From the NCBI GenBank assembly GCA_963730185.1, contig CAVSQW010000013.1, forward strand, positions 128,001 through 192,000: a stretch of DNA of 64,000 nucleotides, written 5' to 3'. The notes beneath the pieces were generated by a model. The model was not told where the DNA came from. It saw only the letters and a program-made list of their open reading frames with translations, and ran no database searches. The first letter of the stretch is position 1; each line of letters begins with the position of its first letter. Shown in pieces: positions 32,460 through 44,277 of the stretch. Made by a program: the position numbers and the translations under genes. This stretch comes from an uncultured Gemmatimonadales bacterium. Its GTDB lineage: Bacteria > Gemmatimonadota > Gemmatimonadetes > Gemmatimonadales > GWC2-71-9.

Positions 32460-34460
32460 TCACGGCGAGGCGGCCGGCTCGTCGCCCGGGGGGAGGGTGG
32501 GGGTGGGGCCGCGGAGCACCACCGTCGCCAAGGGGGGTAGCGTCGCCACCACGCTCTGGAGAAAGCCGTGCTGAGCGAGGGGGACGGCCTCGAGCGCCCC
32601 CGCGTTGCCCTGGCCGCTGCCGCCGTAGACCGGTGCGTCGCTGTTCAGGATCTCGGTCCAGGCGCCGTCGCTCGGGACCCCGATGCGGTAGTGGTGGCGC
32701 GGCACCGGGGTGAAGTTGCAGGCGATGACCAGGGGGGCGCCGTGCCGGCTGGTGCGGAGCATGAGCAGGATGCTCTGGTCGGTGTCGCTGCAGTCGATCC
32801 ACCGGAAGCCCTCGGCCTCGAAGTCCAGCTCGTGGAACGCGGGCTCGGCGCGATAGGTAGCGTTGAGGTCCTGAACCCACCGCTGCACACCCCGGTGGGG
32901 TGCCCATTCGAGGAGATGCCAGTCGAGGCTGGCGTCGTGGTTCCACTCCCGGCACTGGGCCAGCTCGGCTCCCATGAAGAGCAGCTTCTTGCCCGGTTGG
33001 GCGTACTGGTAGCCCAGGAGGAGCCGGAGGTTGGCGAACCGCTGCCACTCGTCGCCCGGCATCTTGCCCAGCAGCGAGCCCTTGCCGTGGACCACCTCGT
33101 CGTGCGACAGCGGCAGCACGAAGTTCTCGGAGCTCAGGTAGATCCCCCGGAAGGTCAGCTCCGAATGGTTGTGCTTCCGGTACACCGGGTCACGCGAGAT
33201 GTAGCGCAGGGTGTCGTGCATCCACCCCATGTCCCACTTCATCCCGAAGCCGAGCCCGCCGACGTAGGTGGGCCGGGACACCATGGGCCAGGCGGTCGAC
33301 TCCTCCGCGATGGTGACCGCTCCGGGGAAGGCACGGTAGACCTCTTCGTTGAGGCGGCGAAGAAACGAGATCGCTTCGAGGTTTTCGTTCCCACCGTACT
33401 GGTTGGGGATCCACTCGCCCTCCGGGCGGGAGTAGTCCAGGTAGAGCATCGACGCCACCGCGTCCACCCGGAGCCCGTCGGCGTGGAACCGGTCCAGCCA
33501 GTAGAGCGCGTTGCTGAGCAGGAAGCTCTGCACCTCGCGGCGGCCGTAGTTGAAGATCAGGCTTCCCCAATCCGGGTGGAACCCCTGCCGCGGGTCCTGG
33601 TGCTCGTAGAGGTGGGTCCCGTCGAAGTAGCTGAGCCCGTGCTCGTCGGTGGGAAAATGAGACGGAACCCAGTCGATGATCACGCCGATCCCGTGCTGGT
33701 GCAGGGTGTCGATCAGGTACATCAGATCCTGCGGCGTGCCGTACCGCCCGGTCGGCGCGAAGTACCCCGTGACCTGGTATCCCCACGACCCGTAGAACGG
33801 ATGCTCCATGATCGGGAGGAGCTCCACGTGGGTGAAGCCCATTTCCTTCACGTAGGGCACCAGCTGGTCGGCGAGCTCGCGATAGCTGAGCCAGCGGTTC
33901 TCTTCCTCGGGGATCCGCCGCCACGAGCCGAGATGGACCTCGTAGGTCGACATCGGCTCCTGGGCGGGCTTCCCGTCGCGCCGGCGGTCCATCCAGGCCC
34001 GATCCTGCCAGGTGTAGTCGAGATCCCAGACGATGGACGCCTGGCGGGGCGGTTGCTCGGCGAAGTAACCGACCGGGTCGGCCTTGTCGACCCGATAGCC
34101 GTTCAGGCCGGAGGCCACGTGGTACTTGTAGCGGGTGCCCTTGCCGACGCCGGGGAGGAATCCGCTCCAGATCCCGGACGAGGCGATCGCCTCGAGCGGG
34201 TGGGAGGTGGTGTTCCACTCGTTGAAGTCGCCCATCACGGCCACCCGCTCGGCGGCCGGGGCCCAGACCGCGAACCGGGTGCCGGCGACCCCGTCGACCG
34301 TGTCGGGGTGGGCGCCGAATTTCTCGTACATCCTGAGGTAGGTGCCCTCGTTGAAGAGGTGGATGTCCTCGGGCGTCAGGCTCAGCCCGGGCGGCGGGGG
34401 GTCGGGGCGGCGCGTCCCTGGGCGGGTCCGCGGAGTGCTGGGGCGCTTACGGTCGGCCAT
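32460..34460 (-). CDS. glgB: 1,4-alpha-glucan branching enzyme
   Basis: [55 protein letters not shown]. Confidence 0.96.
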   Translation of the reverse strand: MADRKRPSTPRTRPGTRRPDPPPPGLSLTPEDIHLFNEGTYLRMYEKFGAHPDTVDGVAGTRFAVWAPAAERVAVMGDFNEWNTTSHPLEAIASSGIWSGFLPGVGKGTRYKYHVASGLNGYRVDKADPVGYFAEQPPRQASIVWDLDYTWQDRAWMDRRRDGKPAQEPMSTYEVHLGSWRRIPEEENRWLSYRELADQLVPYVKEMGFTHVELLPIMEHPFYGSWGYQVTGYFAPTGRYGTPQDLMYLIDTLHQHGIGVIIDWVPSHFPTDEHGLSYFDGTHLYEHQDPRQGFHPDWGSLIFNYGRREVQSFLLSNALYWLDRFHADGLRVDAVASMLYLDYSRPEGEWIPNQYGGNENLEAISFLRRLNEEVYRAFPGAVTIAEESTAWPMVSRPTYVGGLGFGMKWDMGWMHDTLRYISRDPVYRKHNHSELTFRGIYLSSENFVLPLSHDEVVHGKGSLLGKMPGDEWQRFANLRLLLGYQYAQPGKKLLFMGAELAQCREWNHDASLDWHLLEWAPHRGVQRWVQDLNATYRAEPAFHELDFEAEGFRWIDCSDTDQSILLMLRTSRHGAPLVIACNFTPVPRHHYRIGVPSDGAWTEILNSDAPVYGGSGQGNAGALEAVPLAQHGFLQSVVATLPPLATVVLRGPTPTLPPGDEPAASP

Positions 34461-34536
34461 GGGTCGGTCCCTTCTCGCGTCCTGGGCGGCGCCCAGTGAC
34501 GGACGCGGTTCGACAGGAAGGCTAACGCCATCCCGG

Positions 34537-37893
<3,357 letters not shown>

Positions 37894-38073
37894 GCTGCCT
37901 CCCGTTCCCGCCGCTGCCACGGGGGTGATGCTGGTCGAAGGGTCGAGGGTCATCGGTCCGGCGGTGGCGGGCGGAGAGACGGCGGCAGCCGATCGCTAGG
38001 GACGACGCGTCCAGCCTGAGGCCCTGCCCGGCGCCGGGTGAGGAGGGCGACCGCCGCTCGCTGAATCGGCCGG

Positions 38074-38162
38074 GAGTCGCTAGATTTGCGACTCACGGTC
38101 GTTTACGACTACAAGTAATCATACCAGAGCAACTCGTTGGCAGTCAAATAGCTATGACTGCC
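38074..38162. promoter_or_regulatory. Two inverted repeats in the treS/tetR divergent promoter region
   Basis: GAGTCGC-N7-GCGACTC (38074-38094) and GGCAGTCA-N8-TGACTGCC (38139-38162) around an AT-rich core. Confidence 0.5.
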
Positions 38163-38175
38163 GACCCCCGACCCA

Positions 38176-38808
38176 ATGACTATGGCCGATCCCCCGAGCG
38201 AGGCTCGTCGCCCTGGCCGCCGCGACCGTCGCCGAGAGCGGACTCGAACCCGGCTCTTGGAAGCCGCGATGGATCTCTTCGCCCGCCGAGGTCTCTACGG
38301 CGCCCGGATCGAGGACATCACCGAGCAGGCCGATCTCGGCAAGGGCGCTTTCTACAACTATTTCGACTCGAAGGAGGGGCTGGCGGCCGAGCTGCTGGGT
38401 GCGGCGGTCGACCGATTGGATCGGGAGTACCTGGCCGAGGCGGTCGCGGGAAAACGAGGGACGGACCGGGTCGCCGCGCTGCTTCGGGCCCACGACCGGT
38501 TTTTCGACGAGCAGCCGCAGTTCCTCCTGCTCTTTCACCAGGCCCGCGGGCTCCTCCGGGTGGAGGCAGGGGCTCGGGGATCGCTCGGCGGGGCGGTGGA
38601 GCACTACCTCGGGCGGCTGGCGGGGCGGCTCACGGGCCGGGAGGTGCCGGATCCGGGCGACCTGGAGGCCGCCGCGCTGGTGGCGGGGGCGCTGGCCGGC
38701 TATCGCTCGTTTCGGCTCTCGGCCGGGCTGGGCTCGGAGCGGCTCCCGCTCGACCGGGCGCTGGCCTCGGGGGTGGCCCGGCTGCTGGGCGGGGAGGGGC
38801 CCGCCTAA
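38176..38808 (+). CDS. TetR/AcrR-family regulator
   Basis: RLLEAAMDLFARRG, IEDITEQADLGKGAFYNYFDSKE. Confidence 0.88.
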   Translation: MTMADPPSEARRPGRRDRRRERTRTRLLEAAMDLFARRGLYGARIEDITEQADLGKGAFYNYFDSKEGLAAELLGAAVDRLDREYLAEAVAGKRGTDRVAALLRAHDRFFDEQPQFLLLFHQARGLLRVEAGARGSLGGAVEHYLGRLAGRLTGREVPDPGDLEAAALVAGALAGYRSFRLSAGLGSERLPLDRALASGVARLLGGEGPA

Positions 38809-38859
38809 CGCCCGGGCCGGGCCTCGCCGGCGGTGGTGACCCGGATCAGCTCGGCCACC

Positions 38860-39243
38860 TCACTTGGCTCCGGAAACCCCCGGCGTGTCCTCGGGCTTGA
38901 CCCCGTCGTCGATCGGGACGACGGCGGTGCGCCAGCCGCTCTTGAAGGTGATGGTCAGCCGATAGCCCAGGGTGTCGGGCACCACCGTGGCGACGGTGGG
39001 CAGGGTCTTGGCATACTCCATCGCCTTGGTCACCTGGACGGCGCGGGCGTCGGGCGTGTTGCCTCCGTACCACTGGGCCAGCGACCGGCCAATGGCGACC
39101 GCTTCGGCCTGCTCGGTCCCGTAACGGGCATAGGTGGAGGCGGGGCGAAGGCCCGCCTGGTCGGCGAGCGGCGCGTGAGCATCGTATGGTCGGCAGGCCA
39201 CTAGGCCACCGAGCGCGATCATGGCCACCAGGCTACGGTGCAT
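38860..39243 (-). CDS. Putative lipoprotein
   Basis: Lipobox GGLVAC, GAGGAG SD before ATG. Confidence 0.7.
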   Translation of the reverse strand: MHRSLVAMIALGGLVACRPYDAHAPLADQAGLRPASTYARYGTEQAEAVAIGRSLAQWYGGNTPDARAVQVTKAMEYAKTLPTVATVVPDTLGYRLTITFKSGWRTAVVPIDDGVKPEDTPGVSGAK

Positions 39244-39313
39244 GAGCTCCTCTTCCGATTCGATGGAACGGCGAAGCAGAATATAACTACCCCTTGCTCT
39301 CTGGCGACTCCCG

Positions 39314-40243
39314 ATGCTGACCCCTCTGCTCATCACTCTGCTCGTCGCGAGCCAGGCTCCCTCCGGCCCGCTGGTGGTGTCGACCGCGGGCAGTCTGGCG
39401 GCCCCGATGCGCGAGTTGTTGGCCGCGTTTCGGCGCCACTATCCCGAGGTCGAACCCCAGCGGGAGAGCTCCGGGAGCGTGGAGGCCGCCCGCAAGCTCG
39501 CCGAGTTCGGCCGGATTCCCGACGTTCTCGGCGTGGCCGACGGCACCGTGATCGACGAGCTGCTGGTGCCCAGGTTCACGGGCTGGTGGCTGGCCTTCGC
39601 GTCGAACGCCATGGTGGTGGCGTATACGGACGCCTCGCGCGGGGCCGACGAGATCACGCCCGCCAATTGGATGGACGTGCTCCAGCGAAAAGGCGTGAGG
39701 GTGGGCCGGTCCGATCCGGCCCAGGACCCGAGCGGCTATCGAACCCTGATGGTCTTTCAGTTGGCGGAGCGCTTCTACCATCGGCCGGGGCTGGCGGCGG
39801 CCCTGCTGGCTCATAGCACCAGGGAGTACACCCGGCCGAAGGAGGTGGACCTGATCGCGCTGCTCGAGACCGCCAACCTCGATTATGCCGTCTTCTATCG
39901 GACCGTGGCCCGCCAGGGGCATTTCAAGTGGATCGATCTGCCGCCGGAGATCGACTTGAGCGATCCCGATCGGGCGGACGAGTACGCCCAGGCGACGGTG
40001 ACGATCCCGCGATCCCGCCGCGAGGCCAAGGGCGACATCCATCTCGCGGGTGCGCCGATCGTCTACGGGATCACCATTCCGAGCGCCGCGGCACATCCGG
40101 CGGCGGCCCGGGCCTTTCTCCGCTTCGTGCTCGGCCCGGAGGGCCGGCGGATCCTCGATCGGTACGGGTTCGTGCTGCCGAACCGGCCGGTCGTCCATGG
40201 CGACTCCACGGCGGCCCGGGTGGCCATGGGGGGCGATGATTGA
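39314..40243 (+). CDS. WtpA/ModA-type tungstate/molybdate periplasmic binding protein
   Basis: TAGSL, SSGSVEAARK, GRSDP..DPSGYRT, RPKE, GAPIVYGITIP. Confidence 0.8.
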   Translation: MLTPLLITLLVASQAPSGPLVVSTAGSLAAPMRELLAAFRRHYPEVEPQRESSGSVEAARKLAEFGRIPDVLGVADGTVIDELLVPRFTGWWLAFASNAMVVAYTDASRGADEITPANWMDVLQRKGVRVGRSDPAQDPSGYRTLMVFQLAERFYHRPGLAAALLAHSTREYTRPKEVDLIALLETANLDYAVFYRTVARQGHFKWIDLPPEIDLSDPDRADEYAQATVTIPRSRREAKGDIHLAGAPIVYGITIPSAAAHPAAARAFLRFVLGPEGRRILDRYGFVLPNRPVVHGDSTAARVAMGGDD

Positions 40244-40396
40244 GTCCGGCCCCGGCGATCCCGGACACCGCCGATCTCGGTGCCGCCCGGCCCAAGGGTG
40301 GCGCCCGGTTGGGCGCGGTGCTTAGATAGAGCATTCGAGCCGGACTCGCCCTGAGGGGTGGTCCGCCTGTCCTCACACGGTCCCGGGCCCAATTCC

Positions 40397-42025
40397 ATGA
40401 ACGGCACTTTCGACGTCCCGCATCCGGTCAACGAACCCGTCCTGTCGTACGCCCCCGGCACCCGGGAGCGCGAGCAGCTCAAGGCGGAGCTCAAGCGCAT
40501 GAGCGGCGAGGTGGCCGACATCCCCCTGATCGTCGGCGGCCAGGAGATCCGGACCGGCCGGACCCATCCGGTCGTCTCGCCCCACCGCCATGCCCACGTC
40601 TTGGGCCGGGTGCATGAGGCCGACTCGAAGACGCTGAACCAGGCGGTTCGCGCGGCGGAGCGGGCGCAGAAGGAGTGGGCCAGCTGGTCGCTGGAGTCGC
40701 GGGCGGCCGTTTTTCTCAAGGCGGCCGATCTCCTGGCCGGTCCCTGGCGCCAGGTGCTCAACGCCGCCACGATGCTCGGCCAGAGCAAGACGGCGTTCCA
40801 GGCCGAGATCGACTCGGCCTGCGAGCTGATCGACTTCTGGCGCTTCAACGCGACCTACGCCGCGGACCTCTACACCCGCCAGCCGATCTCGTCGCCCGGG
40901 GTCTGGAACCGGATGGAGTACCGGCCGCTCGAGGGTTTCGTGTACGCCATCACCCCGTTCAACTTCACCGCGATCGGGGGTAACCTGCCCGGCGCGCCGG
41001 CGCTGATGGGCAACACGGTGGTCTGGAAGCCCTCGAGCACCGCGGCGCTCAGCAACTACTACGTGATGAAGCTGCTGGAGGCGGCCGGCCTTCCGCCGGG
41101 CGTGATCAACTTCGTTCCGGGCGACGCGGTGGCCGTGAGCAACCGGTTGCTGAGCGACCGGAAGCTGGCCGGCATCCATTTCACCGGCTCCACGGCGGTT
41201 TTCCAGAGCCTCTGGCGGACGGTGGGTGAACGGATCGCCGACTACGCGACCTATCCCCGGCTGGTGGGCGAGACCGGCGGCAAGGACTTCGTGGTGGCGC
41301 ATCCCAGCGCCGATCCGGCGGCGGTCGCGGTCGCCCTGGTCCGGGGCGCCTACGAGTACCAGGGTCAGAAGTGCAGCGCCGCCTCGCGCGCCTATCTCCC
41401 GCAGAGCCTCTGGAACGAGGTCCGCGACCGGATGGTGGCCATGATCGACGAGATCAAGATGGGCGACGTGGCCGACTTCCGGAACTTCATGGGCGCGGTG
41501 ATCGACGCCAAGGCGTTCAAGAAGCTCGCCGGGTATCTCGACCAGGCCCGGAAGGACCGGGGCGTGAAGATCCTGGCCGGCGGCGGCGCCGACGACAAGA
41601 AGGGCTGGTTCATCGAGCCCACCCTGATCCAGGTCAGCAATCCGCAGTACCGGACCATGTGTGAGGAGCTGTTCGGACCGGTGCTCACGGTCTACGTCTA
41701 TCCCGACAAGCAGTGGAAGCAGACGCTCCGGGCGGTCGACACCACCAGTCCCTACGCGTTGACCGGGGCGGTCTTCGCGCGGGACCGCGCCGCCGTCGAG
41801 GAGGCAGCCGCCACGCTCCGGCACGCGGCCGGGAATTTCTACGTCAACGACAAGCCCACGGGCGCGGTGGTGGGCCAGCAGCCGTTCGGCGGCTCGCGCG
41901 CCAGCGGGACCAACGACAAGGCCGGCTCCTTCTTGAATCTGATCCGGTGGGTGTCGCCGCGGTCGATCAAGGAGACGTTGGTGCCCCCCACCGACTACCG
42001 CTACCCGTTCATGACGGCGCCGTGA
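40397..42025 (+). CDS. pruA: Delta-1-pyrroline-5-carboxylate dehydrogenase
   Basis: NEPVLSYAPG, QAEIDSACELIDF, PFNFTAI, GETGGKDF, YQGQKCSA, QQPFGGSRASGTNDKAG. Confidence 0.94.
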   Translation: MNGTFDVPHPVNEPVLSYAPGTREREQLKAELKRMSGEVADIPLIVGGQEIRTGRTHPVVSPHRHAHVLGRVHEADSKTLNQAVRAAERAQKEWASWSLESRAAVFLKAADLLAGPWRQVLNAATMLGQSKTAFQAEIDSACELIDFWRFNATYAADLYTRQPISSPGVWNRMEYRPLEGFVYAITPFNFTAIGGNLPGAPALMGNTVVWKPSSTAALSNYYVMKLLEAAGLPPGVINFVPGDAVAVSNRLLSDRKLAGIHFTGSTAVFQSLWRTVGERIADYATYPRLVGETGGKDFVVAHPSADPAAVAVALVRGAYEYQGQKCSAASRAYLPQSLWNEVRDRMVAMIDEIKMGDVADFRNFMGAVIDAKAFKKLAGYLDQARKDRGVKILAGGGADDKKGWFIEPTLIQVSNPQYRTMCEELFGPVLTVYVYPDKQWKQTLRAVDTTSPYALTGAVFARDRAAVEEAAATLRHAAGNFYVNDKPTGAVVGQQPFGGSRASGTNDKAGSFLNLIRWVSPRSIKETLVPPTDYRYPFMTAP

Positions 42026-42825
42026 TCCGACCGGCGGCCGCCCTCCTGGTCGGCCTGCTGGTGCTGCAGGCTGAAGCGCCCCGATACCGCGGGGCGCTTC
42101 TCCGTTGCGCCGCCTTCACGGAGGAAGCCGACGCCCAGGTGGTGGGCCGGAGCGGCGTGGCCACGGTCCAGGACCGGATCTCCCGTCGTGGACTCCTGGT
42201 GATCACCCTCCGCGACTCGGCCGGCGTGGGGCGGGTCACCGCCTGGTACGACTCGCTCTCGGTCTGGCGGGACACCGACGCGGGCCGTGAGCTGGCGGAG
42301 ACCGACGGCTTCGTCGGTGGCCGCTACGAGGGCGTCCTCTCGACCGACGGGCGCTACCGACGGCTGCGGACGCCGTTCGTCCCCGGCCCGTTGGCGGAGA
42401 TGGTCGATCTGGCCGCGGCGCTCGACGACTTCCTGCCCCGGCTGCCCGGGCGGGCCCTGGAGCCGAGAGACCGCTGGCGCGACACCACCGGCCTCGAGAT
42501 CGAGCGGATCGAGGACTCACGGGTGGACGACCGGCGGCTCAGCCGATACCGGTGGACCGCCGATCGTCGGGCCAGAGACACGATCCCGACCGGCAACGAC
42601 AGCCTGGCGGTCGAGGTGGAGCAGCGGACTCGGGAGAGCGGCGAGCTCACCTGGTCGGTGGAGTACGGGCCGCTGGCCTGGTCGCGCACGATCGGGGTGG
42701 ACGCGCACGTGCCGGCCCGGCTCGGCGTGACCCGGTCACTCGCCACCCGGGTGGACCAGCGGGTGCGGGTCTTTCAGGTCTTCGATCACCCCGCGTGTGT
42801 GGCGGAGCGGAAGGAGCGACCATGA
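42022..42825 (+). CDS. Exported hypothetical protein
   Basis: GTGA/ATGA overlaps with both neighbours; signal-like N-terminus. Confidence 0.65.
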   Translation: MIRPAAALLVGLLVLQAEAPRYRGALLRCAAFTEEADAQVVGRSGVATVQDRISRRGLLVITLRDSAGVGRVTAWYDSLSVWRDTDAGRELAETDGFVGGRYEGVLSTDGRYRRLRTPFVPGPLAEMVDLAAALDDFLPRLPGRALEPRDRWRDTTGLEIERIEDSRVDDRRLSRYRWTADRRARDTIPTGNDSLAVEVEQRTRESGELTWSVEYGPLAWSRTIGVDAHVPARLGVTRSLATRVDQRVRVFQVFDHPACVAERKERP

Positions 42826-43754
42826 CGATCGTTCGGGGAGCCGTGGTGCAGGACGCATCGGTCGGCTTCGACCCCGTGGCCACGGTGGACCGGGTCGCGG
42901 CCCGGCTGGCCGAGGCCCGGCGCCAGGGCGCCGAGCTGGTGGTGTTTCCCGAAGCGTTCGTCGGCGGCTATCCCAAAGGGGCCGACTTCGGCGCCCGGGT
43001 CGGGATGCGCTCGGAGGCGGGGCGGCACGAGTTCGAGCGCTACCACGCCGGCGCCATCGACGTCCCTGGACCGGTTACCGAACGGCTGGGCGAGCTGGCA
43101 GGCGAGCACGGTCTCTTCCTGGTGGTCGGCGTGATCGAGCGGAGCGGCGGGACCCTCTACTGCACCGTGCTCTTCTTCTCCGCCGAGGGCGTCATGGTGG
43201 GCCGGCACCGGAAAGTCATGCCGACCGCCATGGAGCGGCTCATCTGGGGCTTCGGCGACGGGTCCACGCTCGACGTCGTCGACTCGCCGCTCGGGAAGGT
43301 CGGCGCGGTGATCTGCTGGGAGAACTATCTCCCGCTCCTTCGGACCGCCATGTACGCCCGGGGGGTCGAGCTCTACTGCGCCCCGACCGTCGATGACCGC
43401 GAGACCTGGCTCCCGACCATGCGACACATCGCGCTCGAGGGCCGGTGCTTCGTCCTCTCGGCCTGCCAGTACGCTCGCCGCTCGGACTACCCGGCCGACT
43501 ATCGGCCGATCCAGGGCGACGACCCCGGCACCGTTCTGATCCGGGGCGGGAGCGCGATCGTGAGCCCCCTGGGGCGGGTGCTGGCCGGCCCGGTCTTCGA
43601 TCAGGCCGCGGTGCTGGTGGCCGATCTGGATCTGGGCGAAATTGCTCGGGGGAAGTACGATCTGGATGTGGTCGGCCACTACGCCCGGCCCGACCTGTTC
43701 CGGCTGTCGGTCAATACCGCGCCTCTGGCGCCGGTCCGCTTCGAATCAAGCTGA
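42822..43754 (+). CDS. Nitrilase (carbon-nitrogen hydrolase)
   Basis: Catalytic triad motifs FPEAF, HRKVMPTAMER, ICWENY; DVVGHYARPD. Confidence 0.92.
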   Translation: MTIVRGAVVQDASVGFDPVATVDRVAARLAEARRQGAELVVFPEAFVGGYPKGADFGARVGMRSEAGRHEFERYHAGAIDVPGPVTERLGELAGEHGLFLVVGVIERSGGTLYCTVLFFSAEGVMVGRHRKVMPTAMERLIWGFGDGSTLDVVDSPLGKVGAVICWENYLPLLRTAMYARGVELYCAPTVDDRETWLPTMRHIALEGRCFVLSACQYARRSDYPADYRPIQGDDPGTVLIRGGSAIVSPLGRVLAGPVFDQAAVLVADLDLGEIARGKYDLDVVGHYARPDLFRLSVNTAPLAPVRFESS

Positions 43755-43804
43755 AGCCGCCGCCGTCGACCCTCGGCTCGTCACCCGGACCGGCGGCGGT
43801 GACC

Positions 43805-43860
43805 TTCCCATTGACGTTCTATGGAAGCGAAGTATCTTCTCCATAGACGTTCTATGGGAG
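43805..43860 (+). promoter_or_regulatory. sigma70-type promoter with tandem operators of padR-3
   Basis: TTGACG(43811)-16 bp-TATCTT(43833). CCATTGA-CGT-TCTATGG (43808-43824) and CCATAGA-CGT-TCTATGG (43841-43857). Confidence 0.75.
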
Positions 43861-43867
43861 ACCTGCC

Positions 43868-44197
43868 GTGCGACTCGAGCTCCTCCAAGGCACCCTCGAC
43901 CTCCTCATCCTCAAGGCCCTGAGCTGGGGCCCCAATCACGGCTACGGCGTCGCCCGCTGGATTCAGGCGCAGTCGGGCGACGCGTTGTCCGTGGAAGAGG
44001 GGTCGCTCTATCCCGCCGTCCACCGGATGACCCGGCGTGGCTGGCTCGCCGCCGAGTGGGGCGTCTCCGCCAACAACCGCCGGGCTCGCTTCTACAAGCT
44101 CACTGCCCTGGGCCGCCGCCAGCTGGCGGAGGAGCGTAAGGCCTGGCAGCGGTTCAGCGACGTCGTGGGAGGAGTCTTGGAGGCGGAGCGAGGGTGA
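43868..44197 (+). CDS. PadR-family transcriptional regulator
   Basis: LLQGTLDLLILKAL, HGY, EEGSLYPA.HR, WGVSANNRRARFY. Confidence 0.92.
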   Translation: MRLELLQGTLDLLILKALSWGPNHGYGVARWIQAQSGDALSVEEGSLYPAVHRMTRRGWLAAEWGVSANNRRARFYKLTALGRRQLAEERKAWQRFSDVVGGVLEAERG

Positions 44198-44277
44198 TCG
44201 GCGAGCGGAGATCGAAGGGTGGCGAGGGAGCGGAGTGGGCGATGGTGGGGCGGGCCCGACCGACCGGAGGATGAGCG

